The translations under genes were made by a program, and so were the position numbers. DNA of 64,000 nt from positions 7,758,954 through 7,822,953 of the forward strand of contig CM120644.1 in NCBI GenBank assembly GCA_051362555.1, in the 5' to 3' direction. Origin of the DNA: Lingula anatina (taxonomy: Eukaryota > Animalia > Brachiopoda). How positions within the stretch are numbered: the stretch's first letter is position 1; each line of letters opens with the position of its first letter. Under the pieces are notes generated by a model, which had not been told where the DNA came from, made no database searches, and was given only the letters and a program-made list of their open reading frames with translations. Of this stretch, positions 51,802 through 64,000 are shown in pieces.

Positions 51802-54800
51802 CATCTCTAAAATCAAACGTCTCTATTTTTTCTTTAATCCATTTTATATGTATCTCAGCTTTTCAAAATCCAATTACGTCAGCTTTGCCATTCAGCCATT
51901 ATTGTCCTGGATTCCATATCTGGTAGCATCACAATTCTCTTTCAGAATGGATTGTTCTCCTCTTTGCCTTATGTAGCGATGATCTTCGGTATCATCGTGT
52001 GTGGTCAAGTCGCAGACCAGCTGAGACAGCGTGGCATACTTGACACAACGTGGACCAGGAAACTTTTTCAGTCAATTGGTGAGAATCCTGAATCCTTATC
52101 CCTGAGAAATATACAGACTTGACATTTAATATGGAATATTTCAGTTTCGAAGGTATGCCTAGGTAAAAATTCGTTTTTTTTTTTTTTTTTTTTAAATCCG
52201 ATCTCATATAAGATTTGTGAATGGAGAAGTGTGTAGTCAGGTGTGCCGCTACCAATTAACTGACTTGCATGTCGGTTGCGCTGCTACAGTATGTAATATG
52301 CGGTGATTTAACTGGGTAGTGTTCCTTTGGGCTGGTCAATGCTTGGAATAGGCAAATCTTGCTTCTGTCAAAAAAGTATCCGTATGTCGGCAACTATCCC
52401 ATAGAAGAATTTGAAATTTTGCATGCAAGCGGTCAATTTTGCAGTGCGTAAAATGAGCTAAGGAGTGCTTTACAAATTTGTAAATTTGTGGCAGAATGGC
52501 GCGAAAAAGACAGACATTACCAGACAGATTACAGCGCCAAACGGAACGGTCCGCACAGTTTTATAAAGTAATGCCCAGACTGATGTGACTACACAGAGGT
52601 CACACCCAATGCATCGAAATCTTATCTCCAGGGTACAGGACGCACTGTCTTTCGGGATACGCTGCTGCAACTAAACAAAAGCCACCCAGTCTGTTCAGAA
52701 CGAGGGGTAAATTGCCCTAAAATGCGTTTTTCCAGGCCCTTAACGAACACCAAACTGGTTTTAGCAGGTTAGAATACTAGACGACCTGCGAGGTACCCAC
52801 TGTAAACAGCAAAACATCGTCGTCTGTTTCTCCAATGAATTGGGGGCCATGACCGTTTCTGGGTAGAACACTGAAACCGCGTGGCTTTCTTAATTGAGGT
52901 CAGATTTCACCTGTACCTCCAAGCTAGTCAAAACAGAGTTTACAGACATTCAGAAGAGGCCTACGACGAAGCATGTACCGCGTGTAAAGTGACACGGGTC
53001 ATTGACAGCGTCAGTATTTGGAGTGGATACCACATTGGTGCCAAAACACCAATGGTAGTCATTGACGAAAACCTGAACCAGATCAAATAAAGGAATAATC
53101 CGGGAACCACTTGACTATCATTTGATAGGGGGCACCTTAGGAAAAATTTTAGGTTGCACGGTCAGATTGCCGGTTCACACAGAGCACTTTTAATAGCAGA
53201 TTACTTACAGAATCAAGGGAATGAGCAGCTACCCTGGTCATCAAAATCGCCACATTTGAACCGCATAGACAATATGTGGGTAAGCCATTACTCGCCGAAT
53301 CAACTGCTTACATGCCCTACATCAAAACTGGACCAAATTGGACAATTTTGGACCGATTCCTGGAATAATATTCCAGATTGAACTCTAAAAACTTTTCCCA
53401 AGGAATGCCTTGCCGCTTGAGAGCGCTGGTAACAGACAGAAGAGGCCAGGCGTAACAGCGACCGTTACTATGACTACACACTGACATGAAGGTCCATTGT
53501 GTAGCGTATAACTCTTTTACAGACAATAATTTGGAAAATATAGAGATCCAAAATATCTCATTTAATGGATGTTGTATGACATAGAATAGGCAATGCATTT
53601 CTGTTTGCCTCACTGTCGAATTCAACCAATGAGCTGATGTCAGCATGACATCAAAGAGATAACTTAGAGTTATTAAAACACGATTTTAATCCTTATTTTC
53701 ATTTATCAGTCAGCAAAATAGGAAAAAACTGATGAAAAATGACTTAGAAAAAAATATTCCATATTAAATGTCAAGTCTGTATTTCATTCTCACCTGACTA
53801 TAAATAGGACAAATATTTCGATGTTGAGATGCCTACAGATGCACTTCATATCGTATTATAGTAAAGCATATGAACAGGGGGTATGTGTGCCTTTTGTTTA
53901 TGGCTGGGTTCCCACAGATTTAGATAGATCCATCTGGATCGACCTAACTCCCTGGGGTTCACGCTTAATTGCTGTCAGCTTCCGGGAGTCGAGCGCGCAC
54001 AGAAGTTATAATTACCCCCTTACAGCTTTTAGTAGGCGGGACAGACATTTAAGACGATTCAGCTGATAGCAATCTAGTGACCAAGCGGGCAAATTATGTT
54101 GTTTTAACGTTGAAACAACGTTGAACCATAACGTTGGTAAGACGTTGGATAAACGTTGGATTTGAAAGTTGGATCAACGTCAGATAACAACAATGTATCA
54201 AGGTCAGATAACAACATTGTATGAAGCCCAGTTGTTAGACAACATTCTTGCATGAAAAGACATTAAAATGACCTGAAATGTTTTTATTTTTTGGTACAAA
54301 ACAGGTACACAATTATAACGTACACTGTAAAAAGTGCCTGCTTTGTCTGATTTTTTCAACGCATTTAGCTCCTAAGCATGTCTTGCACCTCTAAGCATGG
54401 TACACCCTATTAGCCTGGATGTGTTTAGCAGTAGGACATGTTTGATGGCTAAATATGTGTAGGGTATATATGTATGGCCCTTAAGTTAGGATTTCCAAGG
54501 TTTAGTTATATATATACAGACTTGACATTTAATATGGAATATTTCAGTTTCGAAGGTATGCCTAGGTAAAAATGCATTCTTTTTTCAAAAAACTCCGATC
54601 TCATATAAGATATGTGAATAGAGAAGTGTGTAGCCAGGTGTGTCGCTTCCAATAAACTGAATACCAGGTTTGTTGCGCTGCTGCATTATGTAATATGCAG
54701 TGATTTAATTGGGTAGTGCTCCTTTGGGCAGGTCATAGCTTGGCTTTGGCAAAGCATGGTTCTGTCAAAAAAGTATCCATATGTCGGCAACTACTGCATA

Positions 54801-56172
54801 GGAGAATTTGAAATTTTTGCATGCAAGTGGTCGATTTTGCAAGGTGTAAAATGAACTATGCAGTGCTCTGCATATTTGTTAATCTGTGGCAGAATGGCGC
54901 GAAAATACAGACATTGCCAGACAGATAATTGCGCCAAACGAAACGGTCCGCATAGTTTTATAGAGTAATGCACAGTTTGATGTACCTACACAGAAGCCAC
55001 AACCAATGTATTGAAATCTTACCACCAGGGTACAGGACCCACTATCTGTCGGGATATGCTATTGCAACTAAACAAAAACCACCCAGTCCGTTCAGAATGA
55101 GGGGCAAATTGCCACCAAAACGCATTTTTCAAGGCCCATTAGCGAACACCAAACTGGTTTTAGCTGGTTAGAATACCGGACGACCTCAGGGGAACCCACC
55201 GTAAACAGCAAAACGTCGTTGTATGTTTCTCTAATGAATTGGAGACCCTAATCGTTTCTGAGTTGAACACTGAAACCTCGTGACTTTCTTTATTGAGGTC
55301 AGCTTTCACCTGTACCGCTCAACCAGTCAAAACAGAGTTTACAGACATCCAGAAGAGGCCAACGACTAAGTGTGTGCCGCGTCTAAAGTGACTAAGGTCA
55401 TTAACAGCGTCAGTAATTGGAGTGGATACCACATTGGTGCCAAAACACCAATGACGGTCATCCACGAAAACCTGAACCAGATCAAATAAAGGAATAATCT
55501 GAGAACCACTTGACTATCATTTGATAGGGGGCACCTTAGGAACAATTTTAGGTTGCACGGTGAAATTCCCGGTACACACATAGCACTTTTAATAGCAGAT
55601 TACTTACAGAACCAAGGGAATGAGCAGCTACCTTGGTAATCAAAATCGCCATATTTGAACCACATAGACAATATGTGGGTAGACCATAACTGGCCGAATC
55701 AATGGCCTACATGTCCAACAACAAAACTGGACCAAATTGGACAGATTTAGACCGATGCCTGGAATTTTATTCCAGATTGAACTCTAAAAATCTAACCCAA
55801 TGAATGCCTTGCCACTTGAGAGCGCTGGTAGCAAACAGAAAAGGTCAAGCGTAACAGCTACCGTTACTGTGACTCGACACTGACATGGGGGTTCTTTGTG
55901 AGTCGTGTAACTCTTTTACAGAAAATAATTTGGAAAATATTGAGATCCAAAATATCGCTTTTAATTGTTGTCGTATGACATAGAATAGGCAACGTGTTTT
56001 TGTTTGCTTCTCTGGCGAATTCCATTAATGATCTGATGTCACAATGACATTAAAGAGATAATTAAAAGTTATTAAAACACGATTTTATCCTTATTTTCAT
56101 TTATCAGTCAGCAAAATAGGAAAAAAACTGATGAAAAATGATTTGGAAAAAATAATCCATATTAAATGTCAA

Positions 56173-56216
<44 letters not shown>

Positions 56217-57748
56217 CAAAGTCACAGTCACCTCAACCTGTCTATCTATAACAGGGTACCGAGAACTGTCAACTTTGTTAACTTCACTCCATCACATTTA
56301 CAGCGACTTATTCATCCTAGTGTTAACTTACCTTGCAAGGAAGTTTATTGGAATGTATTTCTGAATAAAAAGTTACGAAAATTCACTAGTTCACTAAAGA
56401 AACAAAACAACTGTCATTTTTACTTTAAAACACCGTTTTTAATATTTTGATAAAGTTAGTTACAGTATTGATAAACAAAGTATCACGTTTTCAATAATTA
56501 ATATTTTAAATTACAATCCATGTCTTGCATCACGACGACCAAACAACAACGTTGAGTCAATGACCAAAATACAACGTTGAGTCAACGTCACATTATGACG
56601 GTGTTTTGACGTGGCTGGATCAACGTTGATTTTACGTTGAATTTAGGTAGATCAACGGCAATTCAACGTCACAACCTGTTTTCAACGTTGATCCAACGTC
56701 ACTATGCCTGCTGGGGAGGCTCCCCAGGGGGATAGATCGATCTAAATATCAGTAGGAATGGTCTCTATAAGAGAGGCATGGATCAGTGTGACGTCATATC
56801 ATACGTCATCACCGTTATGCTTTCAGGAGGATTTTTGCCTGCAGCTTTTATGTTTGCCACTGCCTTTGTAGACTGGGACACCAGAATGCTTGGCGTGGCC
56901 TTTATAACTCTGGCAGTGGCCTTCTCAGCGGGTGGCATAGCAGGCAACCAGATTAACCATGCAGACATCGCTCCTAGGTGAGGTAGTATAATTAAGTAGG
57001 TATTTGAAGTAAACCGAAATATGACAGCTAGTAGTACACATGTACATAATATCTAATTTAATTGAAGGAACCTTACAGAAACACTTTAACTTAATTTTGT
57101 TTGGAATATAGATTATAGATTATATGGAATACATCGTTTGAACATTAATTGTTTAAAATAATGGGTGTAAAACAGCAATGTAGGCACCACTTTCTAAAAC
57201 ATGTACAGCAAGTATTTGTCATTATGTGCATTTCAGTACTTAAAATGCATGGCATTTCAAAAATAATTTTATGCAGGTTTGCTGGTGAATTATTTGGTAT
57301 CAGCAACACTGTTTCTGCTCTCCCGGGCATAATTTCTCCCAGTGTGGTCAGTGCTCTTACGCCTAATGTAAGTCCATGCTAATTAACGCTGTCTCCTTGC
57401 CTTCTATGCAACCTAAGCTTTGTGAATTTTATCTTAATTTCGATTTAGCCTATCACTTTTTAAACATCATTTTGTGCTAGTCAAACAATTATTAGTCACA
57501 TTGTCTTTTTGATTTCAACTTTAAGTATATATTAGGGTTTTATATCTTCTATGTAGGGTACAAGGGAAGAGTGGCAGCGTGTTCTCTTCATAAGTTGTGG
57601 TATCTACTGTTTTGGCGCGCTGTTTTTTCTGATATTTGCCAGCGGCGAGGAGCAGCCGTGGAACAAACCGGATAATCTGAGTCCCCAAGCCGAACAAAAG
57701 GAAAAGAAAGAGGCAAAAGTTAACGATGACGAGCATGTGACAGTGTAA
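38769..57748 (+). CDS. SLC17-family (sialin-like) MFS anion transporter, 533 aa; exons 38769-38862, 39535-39776, 40365-40598, 41070-41157, 41354-41449, 41777-41907, 51458-51607, 51946-52078, 56827-56977, 57277-57367, 57557-57748
   Basis: All introns are GT-AG and phases join (1602 nt). Motifs [89 protein letters not shown]. The first exon is the least certain. Confidence 0.92.
42086..42207. repeat. DIRS internal complementary region (ICR)
   Basis: 42086-42170 is the reverse complement of 41920-42004; 42168-42207 is the reverse complement of 51137-51176. The two halves overlap at TTA, the circle-junction sequence. Confidence 0.92.
42358..43500 (-). CDS. DIRS tyrosine recombinase, intact ORF overlapping the end of pol; true start uncertain
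   Basis: SW...[23 protein letters not shown] (catalytic R), [10 protein letters not shown] (HxxR), AGSW, FTRFYN (catalytic Y). Confidence 0.92.
   Translation of the reverse strand: MSAENQQGPSRRLHTYCPLLANTSVVYPSYDSTSGPPTCSATQEHSHTSRSTGNVTIQSTITSSSLLRKAFQGQELSGNVADLILESWSDNTRKQYNGIYKKWISFCGQRQTNVFKADLNSVLDFLCQLFHEGAGYSLLNSARSALSALLPPIDGTSVGEHVLVGRLLKGVKSRRPSLPRYSQTWDPCIVINYLTRADNSSLKELTLNLCMLLALITGQRAQTLHKLKLSDMNIETDFIRFTLSCPVKTRGPGLTLTLHPYEEPKLCVMSLIKCYLEKTQVIRGDEDQLFISFVKPHNGVTNATIRRWILTVMNKAGIDTNVFKAHSTRSAATSAAFRHNVPIASILRAGSWKSESTFTRFYNRTVRIMDNSFAMGVLHH
43509..44062. mobile_element. 554-bp MITE with 3-bp AAT target duplication (PIF/Harbinger-related) inserted in the DIRS MT domain
   Basis: AAT|AGAGAGTTTCCGTTGCCGGTGAGATACGCCGGCTAGATT ... 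AATCTAGCCGTCGTATCCCAACTGCACCGGAAACTCTCT|AAT. Removal restores the MT frame exactly. Confidence 0.88.
44241..48084. mobile_element. 3844-bp non-autonomous foldback element with TA duplication and TCCTATAGGA palindrome arrays (EnSpm/CMC-like ends)
   Basis: TA|CCCTTACGAAAATTTCCTATAGGA ... TCCTATAGGAAATTTTCGTAAGGG|TA. Arrays at 44255-44370, 44705-44870 and 47680-48070; ~180-bp higher-order units at 44690-45460. Confidence 0.9.
49586..50560 (-). CDS. DIRS ORF1 (gag-like), about 324 aa from MAEDENPK
   Basis: Intact ORF directly upstream of pol; P.N...L....VN..IW, D.KLQKVQ, RR..LKP, LFGDDL and a basic C-terminus, as seen in DIRS ORF1 proteins. Confidence 0.85.
   Translation of the reverse strand: MAEDENPKPDPFLTMSAAITQMATSVQDLGTSLGKKLDTLVSLQSNTAVVKQPQSGSSTDLDQMDCEVLLDQFTCPSTSEGAQSDNPSAADCIFHDLSQDLEVEGTGSPVPEDIATLITTLLSSGLPEDKLKDKLNAYLTPANIPLLCKVKVNQVIWDSLDTTARSSDLKLQKVQGLITKALMAGISAAAKLKAAGVQQEDLLQSLRHTTDSIVFLAMASREINFKRRDFLKPHIHADYVPLCSTSVPITEELFGDDLSQRMKDIKELKVTKQALQPPFKRPFLGRKPVTPYPSRALRTQFQHRRGKGRGFPQYRKKGYPAKNL
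51569..51710 (+). repeat. Perfect 71-bp tandem duplication spanning the SLC17 exon 7 donor site
   Basis: ATCTATATGAAAGAAG...AAAGAG|GTAAGTAG...TTCTTTGAT at 51569-51639 and 51640-51710. Confidence 0.95.
52114..53779 (+). mobile_element. Tc1-like transposon, full length, with decayed transposase (copy A)
   Basis: TA|CAGACTTGACATTTAATATGGAATATTT ... AAATATTCCATATTAAATGTCAAGTCTG|TA (28-bp TIR). Remnants [34 protein letters not shown]. Confidence 0.9.
54081..56715. mobile_element. EnSpm/CMC-like non-autonomous element with AACGTTG subterminal repeats, hosting Tc1 copy B
   Basis: GA|CCAAGCGGGCA ... TGCCTGCTGGG|GA (2-bp duplication); CAACGTTG arrays at 54105-54220 and 56545-56700. Confidence 0.65.
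54517..56174 (+). mobile_element. Tc1-like transposon copy B, same family and orientation as 52114-53779
   Basis: Collinear with copy A; right TIR runs into a (TA)n tract. Confidence 0.88.
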
Positions 57749-58829
57749 TGTGGAAAAATTTGTGCCTGTAAAATGGGTTAATATACCTTGACAAATGCTA
57801 GTATTTACAATACCACTGTTACCAGGCACAATGGAGTAAAACTATTAAACATATTTTTATACACTTGGACTAAATAGCCTGTTCCACAATTACTCAGGTT
57901 AATATAATACATTCAGGAACGTTATTGGGATAAAGAGTTTCGATCTCAAGCATTGATTGCAATTGGACCCGAGAGCAACATTCCGAACAATTTAGCTACT
58001 GAAAAGGACGACAAAACAATGTCATGAAAAATATGAAAGCAGCACTTTATTCAATGGTTTTTTGTCTTCTCTGAAACGAAAAGTTTAATTAAGTACCGTA
58101 GACACATTTTGCTACACAATTACTGAAATGTTCAAGATTGTATCCCAAATGGTGAATGGATTACACTAGAACCAAATTGTGAATCCCTCTCTCTTACCGG
58201 ATACAAACAGGGAGAAACCAGCACAGGAACAACACGTTGTGCCTCGATATGAGAACGAGGTCAACCATACCATACCATCTTTTGCATTTTTTAGCCTGTA
58301 AATTCTACAAAATATCAATTTAGCTAATAAATAGGCCAATCATAAGGAATTATTATACAGCATAATTTTTCTATTTATTATTTTTGAATATTCCAATAAT
58401 AAATAATAACCAAGAAATCTTCTAAGTCACACTATTAACTTTATTAAAATTTCCAATTTTTACAAGGTTAAATTGTGTCCTATTGTTGAATTAAAAAATA
58501 AGAACTCTCGTCAAAACACGAGAAGAGAAGTTCAAAATGTTATATCAGCTTATTTCGCACACGCATAAGGGTTTTCTTATAGCATTACCTGCATTTAACC
58601 TTCCTTCGATTTTAAATACATTTTTACTTTCTCAAATGTTTTTTTTAAATCATTATTAAGAGTGGGTGAGGGGAGGGGATTCCCAAAGAGTGACATTTAC
58701 ATTTGTATCACTAAAAATGCAAAGGGAATCCCCCTATAGTACAGACAATGTCATAGTATAGACAATGCCATTTTAAACAAAGTCCGATGGATTTATCTTT
58801 TGATACAGACAATCAATAAAACATTTTCA

Positions 58830-60215
58830 ATAAACCTTCTTAAACGACACCAGAAAGCAAATTAAATCAAATCAACCAGACGGAGCACAATGGCAGACTT
58901 TGTCAATTTAGCCATTTTTTATTTCAAAAAGCGCTTTATTTTGCATGCGTAAACGTTTGGTACATGTGCTGGAGAAAGTTTTAAAAAATCTTTCGTGCGA
59001 GACACAGCTAGATGTCAAAGTCACGGTTCGTTCAGTCAATCATTGCAACAACATTACGTGAGGACCCTTTGTTAAGGATTCCAATAGCGACATTGCTGCC
59101 CTTAAGCACGAAGACAGAAAGGCGACAAGAACTATCGCTGCCAGTTCTTTCACATCAAATGTGCTTGACGCTGAGAGCGGCGCTGTCCGACTGGCAGCTA
59201 GTGTGTACAAAACCAGACGCCGGAGAATGTAGAGCCGCATTTTGCAAACCTAAGGATCCCGAATTAACCGGTATATCGCACCATACTACCCGTTTTCAAG
59301 GTGTGTGTCAGATCGCATTTCGGAGTATCATACCCCAGAAAAAAAATTTGTAGGACGACTGCGGGCTCATCCAAGCTCGGCTGTCACCTTGATTGGTTAG
59401 TAAACGATTGTCGTAAAATCGCTATATGATTTTAAAACCGCGTGCATAAATTTGAAAACTACCTAGAACAGCCTTAGACTGTCTTACTTTAGAGTACTCT
59501 ACAGGTATTTTATTGTCTCTATGGGGGTACATGGCACTTTACGAAATTTGGTTTGAATGTTTTAAGCACTTTTGATAGGACTTTTTTGCATTGTATTAGA
59601 TTAATTTGGCAGTCAGTCGTTTATTATCCAATAAAGGTGACAGCCGAGCGTGGGCTCATCCTGTCGTTGTTCTGACTGATACTCCGAAATGTGATCTGAC
59701 ACACACCTTGAAAGCGGGTAGTGTGGTCCGATATACCGGTTAATTCAGGATCCTCAGGTGCCGAATCTGGTAGTTGGGTAGGTCTGAGGTACATGTAGCT
59801 CCCCGCTTGCAATGCTGCCGGAGCCTGTGCACACAACATATTGCTTGAGTGTCTCAAATTAACGAGTGTTTATTATTGCCATGTAGCCCACTATCTAAGG
59901 TCCTGATCAAAATTGGGTTCAATCTGCATTTATGTGTGGGTTGTTTCAAGTTTGCGATGCCGTTGCAGTTACGGATATTAGGGTAAGGTGAGTATTTTCA
60001 CGAGGAATGATGTTGGAGGCCCACGCGAGTATCCCTGCCAGGAATTCCAACTTCCTCTTACACTTCAATGTCGACTTTTGTTTTCCAATCTTTTGTTGTG
60101 CCAAAGTAGGTTATTTTTGTAGTGTGATCGCGAATACTATGTCTTTGTTCCAGTTAATACTAAACCCTATTTTCCACAGGAGGGAGATTAGCTGCTTGTA
60201 AGCTGCAAAACAAAC
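58830..60215 (-). mobile_element. Decayed Ngaro/DIRS-order RT-RNase H remnant
   Basis: Minus-strand peptides AYKQLISLLWKIGFSINWNK, LEFLAGILAWASNII, DVKELAAIVLVA, ILNKGSSRNVVAM in the expected order, with stops and frameshifts. Confidence 0.6.
59254..59753. mobile_element. 500-bp MITE with ~140-bp inverted arms (Harbinger-like)
   Basis: GGATCCCGAATTAACCGGTATATCG... versus ...CGATATACCGGTTAATTCAGGATCC; flanks TAA and TCA (imperfect 3-bp duplication). Confidence 0.7.
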
Positions 60216-61228
60216 AAGCATAATTAAGTTTCTCCTACTACAAGGAAAGCGTATAGGTATACGCCTAGCTGAAAATCGCATTTCTCCATTGTGCGCTTTA
60301 CCGCATGGCTTAATCAGTGACAGCTAAATAACAATAATAATGTAAGCAAAGACGCGCACCGAATGCTAACAAGGTATTTGCGTCTTTGCTCCGAAAACGA
60401 GGCGGTTCGGCAAGATAGAGGCCTTAACCCGGGTTTGACCTCTGTGCGAAAGTAGGCTCCCCGTGCTGCTGTTATTGGTGAATGGCCAGTGCTGCTTTAA
60501 GACATCATTATTGATCAGAAACTGCTCCAAACGCTATATTGTTGGCATTGCATTGAGAGCTGCGTCAAGAGAAGGAGAGGAAAGAAGGAAATGAAAGAAG
60601 CAGCCGTAGCCGGTAATTCAGGACTGCAACATAAAAAATACCTACTGCGCCTGCTCAAAGACAGCGGAGTTGCGTCAAGGGATAATTACAAGTAACGGTG
60701 AGCCTGTTATTGTACTTTTTATCGATGAATAGATGGTTTCATATAACACAATTTTAGTGAATTGAACCTCAGTGGATGAATTAATGTTTGTGCATAGTCT
60801 GTCAGTGAACCAGGAAAATAGCATCCTACAGATGAGGCTCCAAATATTGTGTAACCGTACACAGTACATGGTATAGAGGGGTCTGTTCATGAAACTGTCA
60901 GAGGCCACACAGGGTATTTTAGATTTTTATCCCAACCCCTAGTTATAAAATGCACACTTCAGGGGGCGCGACTGGCAGCCTGTCAGCGCCACCTGCACCT
61001 GGAACCAGGATTCGGTAGTTGTCTATGGCAGTCAGCAAGTGGTTTTCAATGCGAGCGACGGGGTCCTTACAATTGAATCAGTCATCAGGAAAGCTAGTCC
61101 AGTTGTGGACGGGGACGGTCCCTTTTGCCAATGCCGAGCCAGGGGTGGGGTGGGGGGTGGGGTGAGTAGACCCCAGTGTTACTCCTGTCAATACAGCTCC
61201 CAGGGGATCAGTTTTCTCTTGCTCCTCT

Positions 61229-61259
<31 letters not shown>

Positions 61260-61779
61260 GGGGGGGGCTCAAGGGAGTCTGTTTCCTTTTACAGTGTCGC
61301 CGTTATCTAACCTTACTTCTGTAGAAGTTGGTGTTCATTGGGGTCTGTTTGCCCCTATCCATTCATGGGGAGTCTGTTTGCCTTTATTAAATGGAGAGCA
61401 CTGATGGGTATGACCTGGTTTCATAGACACGCATCCCGGGAGAAGTGATGCCCCTCGACGAACCTGAGTGACAGGGCGCTACATTTTTACGACAGCCGAC
61501 TGTATAGCGCAGTCAATAAATTCTGAACGGCGATGTGGGATGCTGAGTCAGGGCATGCCATATATATTAGGCAGCCAGCGACAGTCTGTGCTGCAAAGTG
61601 ACAGGTCACGTTGATTCCAGGGAGCACGTGTTTATTAATAGAGGCTGTCAGTAGAGAGTTAACCAGGTGGCGCCAGCTGCATAGGAGGCCTCTGACTCAG
61701 AGACTGAAAAGAGAGACAAGGCAGGTGAGTATGGAATGAGATCTACAGCAGCTACAGTCTGATTTCCAGAGGGCGGCAT

Positions 61780-63870
61780 ATGGCGGTGGTGGTCTCGGGG
61801 CCTTACCCAGCGGCCCACGGTCGGGCGCAGTGGACTTGCGCCTCTTACGTCAGTCTCTCAACGCGCGACAGAGATAACAGTTTCAGTTGCGGTGAACCAG
61901 GACATTTTGCGCGAGAATGTCCGCGCCGTGACCTGGGAAACAGCAGGATATATCGGGGCCAGATTTTTGATAGAGCCCATGCCGTAGAGAGGTCTAGGGA
62001 GCCTGGAGCCCAGCCCCAAGGGGAACGGAGAATAGCAGTTAATTTTACTCCTTCGAGGGGCGGGGCGGAGGGAGGTAACGGGTTAGCACAGCAAAAGCAT
62101 GCATTGATAGGTAAGAAAAGATCTGTAGTTGCAGTGTGTAATATTAGGCCATTTAATATTTTTTCTCTTTTTCGGGCCTACTGGACTCTTGATCGGGGGT
62201 TGGCCCTTTGCCTGGTCAGAAATATTTGTGTTAAAACATCCCATGAAAAACAGTTGTCTCTCTTCTTAAAATCATAAACGCCGTTTGGATCTTCACTGAT
62301 GCTGTCATGTTTTTCTTCTCACCTTTGCTCTTTCTTTATCACAATAAAGGTTATCCTGTCACTACGTAGTGAAACATTTCTTTTGCATTACTCTCATTCA
62401 ATTATCTTGCTTGTTTCTTTTAAGTTACTGTTCTTTTCGCGGTCCTCCTTTGACATGTCGTAGGTATAGATCTATTTATACTTTTGTCCTTATAAGATGC
62501 GTAAAACTTCTTCATAATTTTTATCTTGTCCTCCATGTTTTCAAAGTGAACAATCAGGGGCCGACATTAGGACATAATGCTCTTCCCACCTGTGGGCTTT
62601 GTGCTTTTTCACCTTTCCTTTTCGGTTTTTGTGGGAACTCCTCACTCGCTGTGAGAAGGCATAGCCTCTTGCATATGTATATATCATGTTACAAGTAATC
62701 TTCTTTCCGGTAGCTCTCCTTTTCCGGTGTTCTGAATATACATGTTATATGCTGTTATTCGCTCTTGATTCACTGTCCTTTAATTATTACATAACTTTTC
62801 CATTAGTTGATTATCGCTACTTTTTACATTATAAATTGACTGAGTTTTCACCTGAAACATTTTGTCTGTTCCCAATAGCAAGTTTATCGATTCCTTCAGT
62901 TGACTAATTTCCGTTGTTGTCTATTGTCTAAAGCTAGACAACTTGGCAATACTTGCCTTACTGTGCAGTGCTAATTCTACTTTTGCGGCCTTTCCGCGAT
63001 TCTCATCAAGAAATCGTTGCAGCGTTCCTTATTGTCCTTGTCCGTTTTTTACCGCTTGCAGTGTTTTGTTCTCTTTAAAAGGTATGTATCATTCAGCGCA
63101 GAACCAATGCAATATGGCCTGTCAGTAAAAACTTGGTATGCGTTTTAATTGGTTTTAAGGAAGTTGAGAGAACCGAATATCACACCTGTCGCATTGTAGC
63201 GCCAACTTCACGTCGTTAAAACCTATTTTACATTTTCCACACAATCCTTCCATCTACTTGTCCGTCATCTTCTTCCCGCCCTTTCCACGTAATTTGTTCA
63301 CTTGCTTTCTTGACCTTCGCCTAGCGGGAGTGACGTCATTTCCTGATCCTTTAATTGACTTTCTCAAAATATCGATTGCCTGCTACGGCTTTGTCTCTCC
63401 GATGGTGTAAGTATAATGGCGTTCTAATCCTACTAGATAAACTAACCTTCAACGTACTTTGTGGATATTTGATACACTGTGGTGCAAGCTTGCAATTTAG
63501 CTGGTCAAGATATATGAACTTTTCAATTTGACCGCCTTATCTCACACATTCGCAATATTATACTACATGTTATATAATATACGTTATCTACATATCCTGA
63601 TGTTTGAGTTCAATGTTGACTATCAAATATTGCCTTAACCCAATCTATGGACGAGAGAGGTGGGAATGTTACCTCGAGGTGAAAGGGGGCTTTACCAGTT
63701 GTTGCAAGGCTAACATAGAGCACATGTAGATGCATGTTTAAGGTTATACCACTATTCAGACTGGGGTCACCAAGAGTAAGGAGAGGCTTAATTTGAAGTT
63801 CATCAGGATGACGCCCGTCCCACCTGCCACAGGTGCAAAATGTATAAATTGGAATGCATAGATAACTCGT
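61780..63870 (+). mobile_element. Fragments of a decayed Gypsy-like LTR retrotransposon
   Basis: Degenerate zinc knuckle SFSCGEPGHFARECP at ~61880 (first Cys lost). Integrase zinc-finger-like remnants GVTKSKERL and TCHRCK at ~63760-63845. Confidence 0.4.
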
Positions 63871-64000
63871 ACTACCCCTGAGTCAGAGCTTCCAGTGAAT
63901 ACGGTGAAATCTCGGGAAAGGTAAGAGATTTACAGGGTCATAACTCTCAGTGAGAACTACATGTAGTCGTTTGGAAAAAGTATTCCGAACACGACAAGGC

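Overview
AT-rich, intron-containing animal DNA. It looks like a marine invertebrate such as a mollusc, but the taxon is an inference. There is no prokaryotic content, CRISPR array or RNA gene. Host genes: (1) an intronless 732-aa signal-peptide, multi-pass membrane protein of unknown family (3779-5977,+); (2) a tandem array of three 3-exon YitH/holothin-acyltransferase-like GNAT genes on the minus strand, where copies 1 and 3 are intact (311 aa) and copy 2 has a 2-bp frameshift; (3) an 11-exon SLC17/sialin-like MFS transporter (38769-57748,+, 533 aa). The most striking structure is in SLC17 intron 6: a full-length antisense DIRS1-type tyrosine-recombinase retrotransposon (41920-51176) with ITRs, ICR, gag, RT-RNaseH-adenine-methyltransferase-like pol and an intact recombinase. 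Two younger DNA elements interrupt it: a 3.8-kb foldback built from TCCTATAGGA palindromes, carrying a possible BEN-like exon, and a 554-bp MITE with an AAT duplication. Removing both nearly rebuilds the element. The rest is a dense mosaic of non-autonomous DNA elements (piggyBac-, Kolobok-, EnSpm-, pogo-, Harbinger- and Crypton-like), Tc1 relics, and LINE, Ngaro and Gypsy fragments. All coordinates and alignments were read by eye; no database search was run.
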